NCBI GenBank assembly: GCA_049513975.1
Contig: JBEKVM010000001.1
Span: 7,836-71,835, forward strand
DNA: 64,000 nt
Reading direction: 5' to 3'
Source of the DNA: Verrucomicrobiota bacterium
GTDB taxonomy: Bacteria > Verrucomicrobiota > Verrucomicrobiia > Limisphaerales > Palsa-1400
Under the pieces are notes generated by a model. It was not told where the DNA came from. It made no database searches and worked only from the letters and a program-made list of their open reading frames with translations. Positions within the stretch are counted from its first letter, which is position 1, and every line of letters begins with the position of its first letter. Made by a program: the position numbers and the translations under genes. Shown piece after piece: positions 61,637-64,000 of the stretch.

Positions 61637-64000
61637 ATGTTGGAATCGTTGACCGTTTCGTCCCCGCCCGCCGCGCCCGCCGCGGACAGCGCCTCCTTTT
61701 CTCGCTACCCCGCCGATTCGTTCGTTGATCGCCACATCGGACCCGGCGCGATTGAAACGGCGAAGATGCTCGACGGGCTTGGTTTCGCCGACCTGGACTC
61801 GTTTATTGCCCGGGTCGTGCCGCCGTCCATTCGCCTCGCCCGCCCGCTGCGCCTGCCGGACGGCCGCAGCGAACAGGCGGTCCTGGCCGAATTGCGCGCC
61901 CTCGCCGGCCAAAACCAGGTTTTCCGTTCGTTCATCGGGATGGGTTATTCGGATTGCCTCACCCCGCCGGTCATCCAGCGCAACATTTTGGAAAATCCCG
62001 GCTGGTACACGCCTTACACGCCCTATCAGGCCGAGATTTCCCAGGGCCGGCTCGAGGCGCTCTTCAATTTCCAGACGCTCACCAGCGATTTGACCGCCCT
62101 GCCCATCGCCAATGCCTCCCTCCTGGATGAAGCCACCGCCGCCGCCGAAGCCCTGCACTTGTGCCATAACGCCAAACCGGAGCGCACCGCCTTCTTTGTC
62201 TCCCAATCCTGCCATCCGCAAACCATTGAAGTGGTGCGGACCCGGGCTCTTGCGCTGGGCCTGGAAATCCTGGTGGGCGACCACGAAACATTTCAATTCA
62301 GCGACAAAGTTTTTGGCGCGCTGGTGCAATATCCGGCCACCGACGGGGCGATTTTCGATTACGAAAATTTCGCCCGCCAGACCCACGCCGCCGGGGCCTT
62401 GCTCGTCGTGGCGGCTGATTTGCTCGCGCTCACCTTGTTGCGCCCGCCGGGGGAATTCGGCGCCGACGTGGCGGTGGGCAGCGCCCAGCGTTTCGGCGTT
62501 CCGCTGGGCTATGGCGGCCCTCATGCCGCTTTCTTTGCCACCAGCGACGCCTGCAAGCGCCTCATCCCCGGCCGGCTGGTCGGCCAATCCAAGGACGCGC
62601 AAGGCCGCCCCGCCCTGCGCCTGGCCCTGCAAACGCGCGAGCAGCACATCCGCCGGGAAAAAGCCACCAGCAACGTCTGCACCGCCCAGGCCCTGCTGGC
62701 CAACATCGCCTCCATGTACGCCGTCTATCACGGGCCGGAAGGGCTGAAGAGAATCGGCCGCCGCATTCATTTGTTGACCACCGTCCTGGCCAACGGATTG
62801 GCCCAACTCGGTTTGGAAACCAGCCGCTCCGGCAGCGGGCTGTTCTTCGACACCCTGCGCGTCGGCCTGGGCGACCGGAGCAGCGCCGACCTCGCCAAAC
62901 TGGCGGAAGCGCACCGCATGAATTTCCGGGTCTTCGACCCGCACACCATTGGCATCTCGCTCGATGAAACGACCACGGAAAAGGATGTGGCCGACATCCT
63001 GGCCGTCTGCAACGGGGGCCAGCCGCCCGCCTTCTCCCTCGCGCCATTGGCCGCCGGGCTTTCCCCCGCCTACCCCGCTCCCCTGGCGCGCGCCACGCCG
63101 TTTTTGCGCCAGGCGGTGTTCAACCAATGCCATTCCGAGACGGAAATGCTGCGCTACATCCGCCGGCTGGAAGCGAAGGATTTATCGTTGACAACTTCCA
63201 TGATCCCGCTCGGCTCCTGCACCATGAAGCTCAACGGCACGGCGGAAATGCTGCCCGTCTCCTGGCCGGAACTGGCCCGGCTCCATCCCTTCGCCCCCTT
63301 GCACCAGACCCGCGGCTGGCAGTCCCTTTTCCGCCAGCTCGAGGAGTGGCTGGCGGAGATCACCGGTTTTGCCGGCGTTTCCCTCCAGCCCAATTCCGGC
63401 GCCCAGGGCGAATACACCGGCCTGCTCGTCATCCGCAAATACCATGAAACGCGCGGCCAGGCCGGCCGCAACGTCTGCCTCATCCCGGCCTCCGCCCACG
63501 GCACCAATCCGGCCAGCGCCGCCATGGCCGGCTTGAAAATCGTCTCCGTGGCCTGCGATGCCCAGGGCAACATTGACCTGGCCGATTTGCGCGCCAAGGC
63601 CCAGGCCCGCGCCGGCGATCTCGCCGCCCTCATGGTCACTTATCCCTCCACCCACGGCGTCTTCGAGGAGGGCATTGTGGAGATTTGTAAAATTATACAT
63701 GACTGCGGCGGCCAGGTCTATATGGACGGCGCCAACATGAACGCGCAGACCGGCCTCTGCCGCCCGGCGGACATCGGCGCCGACGTTTGCCATCTCAACC
63801 TGCACAAAACCTTCTGCATCCCGCACGGCGGGGGCGGACCGGGCATGGGGCCGATTTGCGTGGCCGAACATCTGGTCCCGTTCCTCCCCGGCCACCCGGT
63901 GGTCAACTTGGGCGGTGAAGACCCCATTGGCGCCGTGGCCGCCGCCCCCTGGGGCAGCGCCGGCATTCTCATGATCCCGTGGGTTTACATCGCCCTCATG
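61637..64000 (+). CDS. gcvP: Glycine dehydrogenase (decarboxylating), P-protein; 3' end beyond the window
   Basis: Not in the ORF track because there is no stop in the window. Manual translation MLESLTVSS...FVDRHIGPG...[43 protein letters not shown]... and the PLP site [19 protein letters not shown] at about 63790. Confidence 0.95.
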   Translation, partial: MLESLTVSSPPAAPAADSASFSRYPADSFVDRHIGPGAIETAKMLDGLGFADLDSFIARVVPPSIRLARPLRLPDGRSEQAVLAELRALAGQNQVFRSFIGMGYSDCLTPPVIQRNILENPGWYTPYTPYQAEISQGRLEALFNFQTLTSDLTALPIANASLLDEATAAAEALHLCHNAKPERTAFFVSQSCHPQTIEVVRTRALALGLEILVGDHETFQFSDKVFGALVQYPATDGAIFDYENFARQTHAAGALLVVAADLLALTLLRPPGEFGADVAVGSAQRFGVPLGYGGPHAAFFATSDACKRLIPGRLVGQSKDAQGRPALRLALQTREQHIRREKATSNVCTAQALLANIASMYAVYHGPEGLKRIGRRIHLLTTVLANGLAQLGLETSRSGSGLFFDTLRVGLGDRSSADLAKLAEAHRMNFRVFDPHTIGISLDETTTEKDVADILAVCNGGQPPAFSLAPLAAGLSPAYPAPLARATPFLRQAVFNQCHSETEMLRYIRRLEAKDLSLTTSMIPLGSCTMKLNGTAEMLPVSWPELARLHPFAPLHQTRGWQSLFRQLEEWLAEITGFAGVSLQPNSGAQGEYTGLLVIRKYHETRGQAGRNVCLIPASAHGTNPASAAMAGLKIVSVACDAQGNIDLADLRAKAQARAGDLAALMVTYPSTHGVFEEGIVEICKIIHDCGGQVYMDGANMNAQTGLCRPADIGADVCHLNLHKTFCIPHGGGGPGMGPICVAEHLVPFLPGHPVVNLGGEDPIGAVAAAPWGSAGILMIPWVYIALM

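Overview
High-GC bacterial chromosome segment. Hand-counted core lines are about 65-72% GC. Gene content (many exported TPR, FG-GAP, RCC1-like, Ig-like and glycosidase proteins) and the dense families of short hairpin repeats suggest Verrucomicrobiota, but this is inference only. I support about 49 protein-coding genes and no rRNA, tRNA or CRISPR. Core genes: pntAA/pntAB, hisF, xerC-like recombinase, radC, lolCDE-type ABC genes, nfo, a 2-oxoacid dehydrogenase E1alpha/E1beta/E2 operon, a DEAD-box helicase, prfC and gcvP (which runs off the right edge). Defence and addiction genes: one MmeI-like single-polypeptide restriction-modification enzyme (34.5-38.0 kb) with a translationally coupled small ORF, MNT/HepT and VapBC pairs flanking nfo, and a decayed PIN module at 59.5 kb. 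The most unusual structure is an accessory region at about 19.5-30.9 kb, between an M64 peptidase gene and a DUF4175-like gene. Eight copies of an ~84-bp imperfect palindrome (H1-H8) lie there, all in the same orientation. They have a conserved 36-nt loop and a conserved one-base bulge. Each sits just past the end of a different, unrelated accessory gene or bounds a gene-free interval. A 500-560-bp mosaic non-coding leader is reused upstream of unrelated genes. There is also a 225-bp duplication of the M64 gene 5' end, a MITE-like insertion, and one clearly low-GC orphan gene. The layout resembles an integron cassette array lacking an integrase (CALIN-like), but the hairpins are not canonical attC sites. 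It may equally be a new REP/MITE-type system. All calls come from reading the sequence and ORF track by eye; no searches were run.
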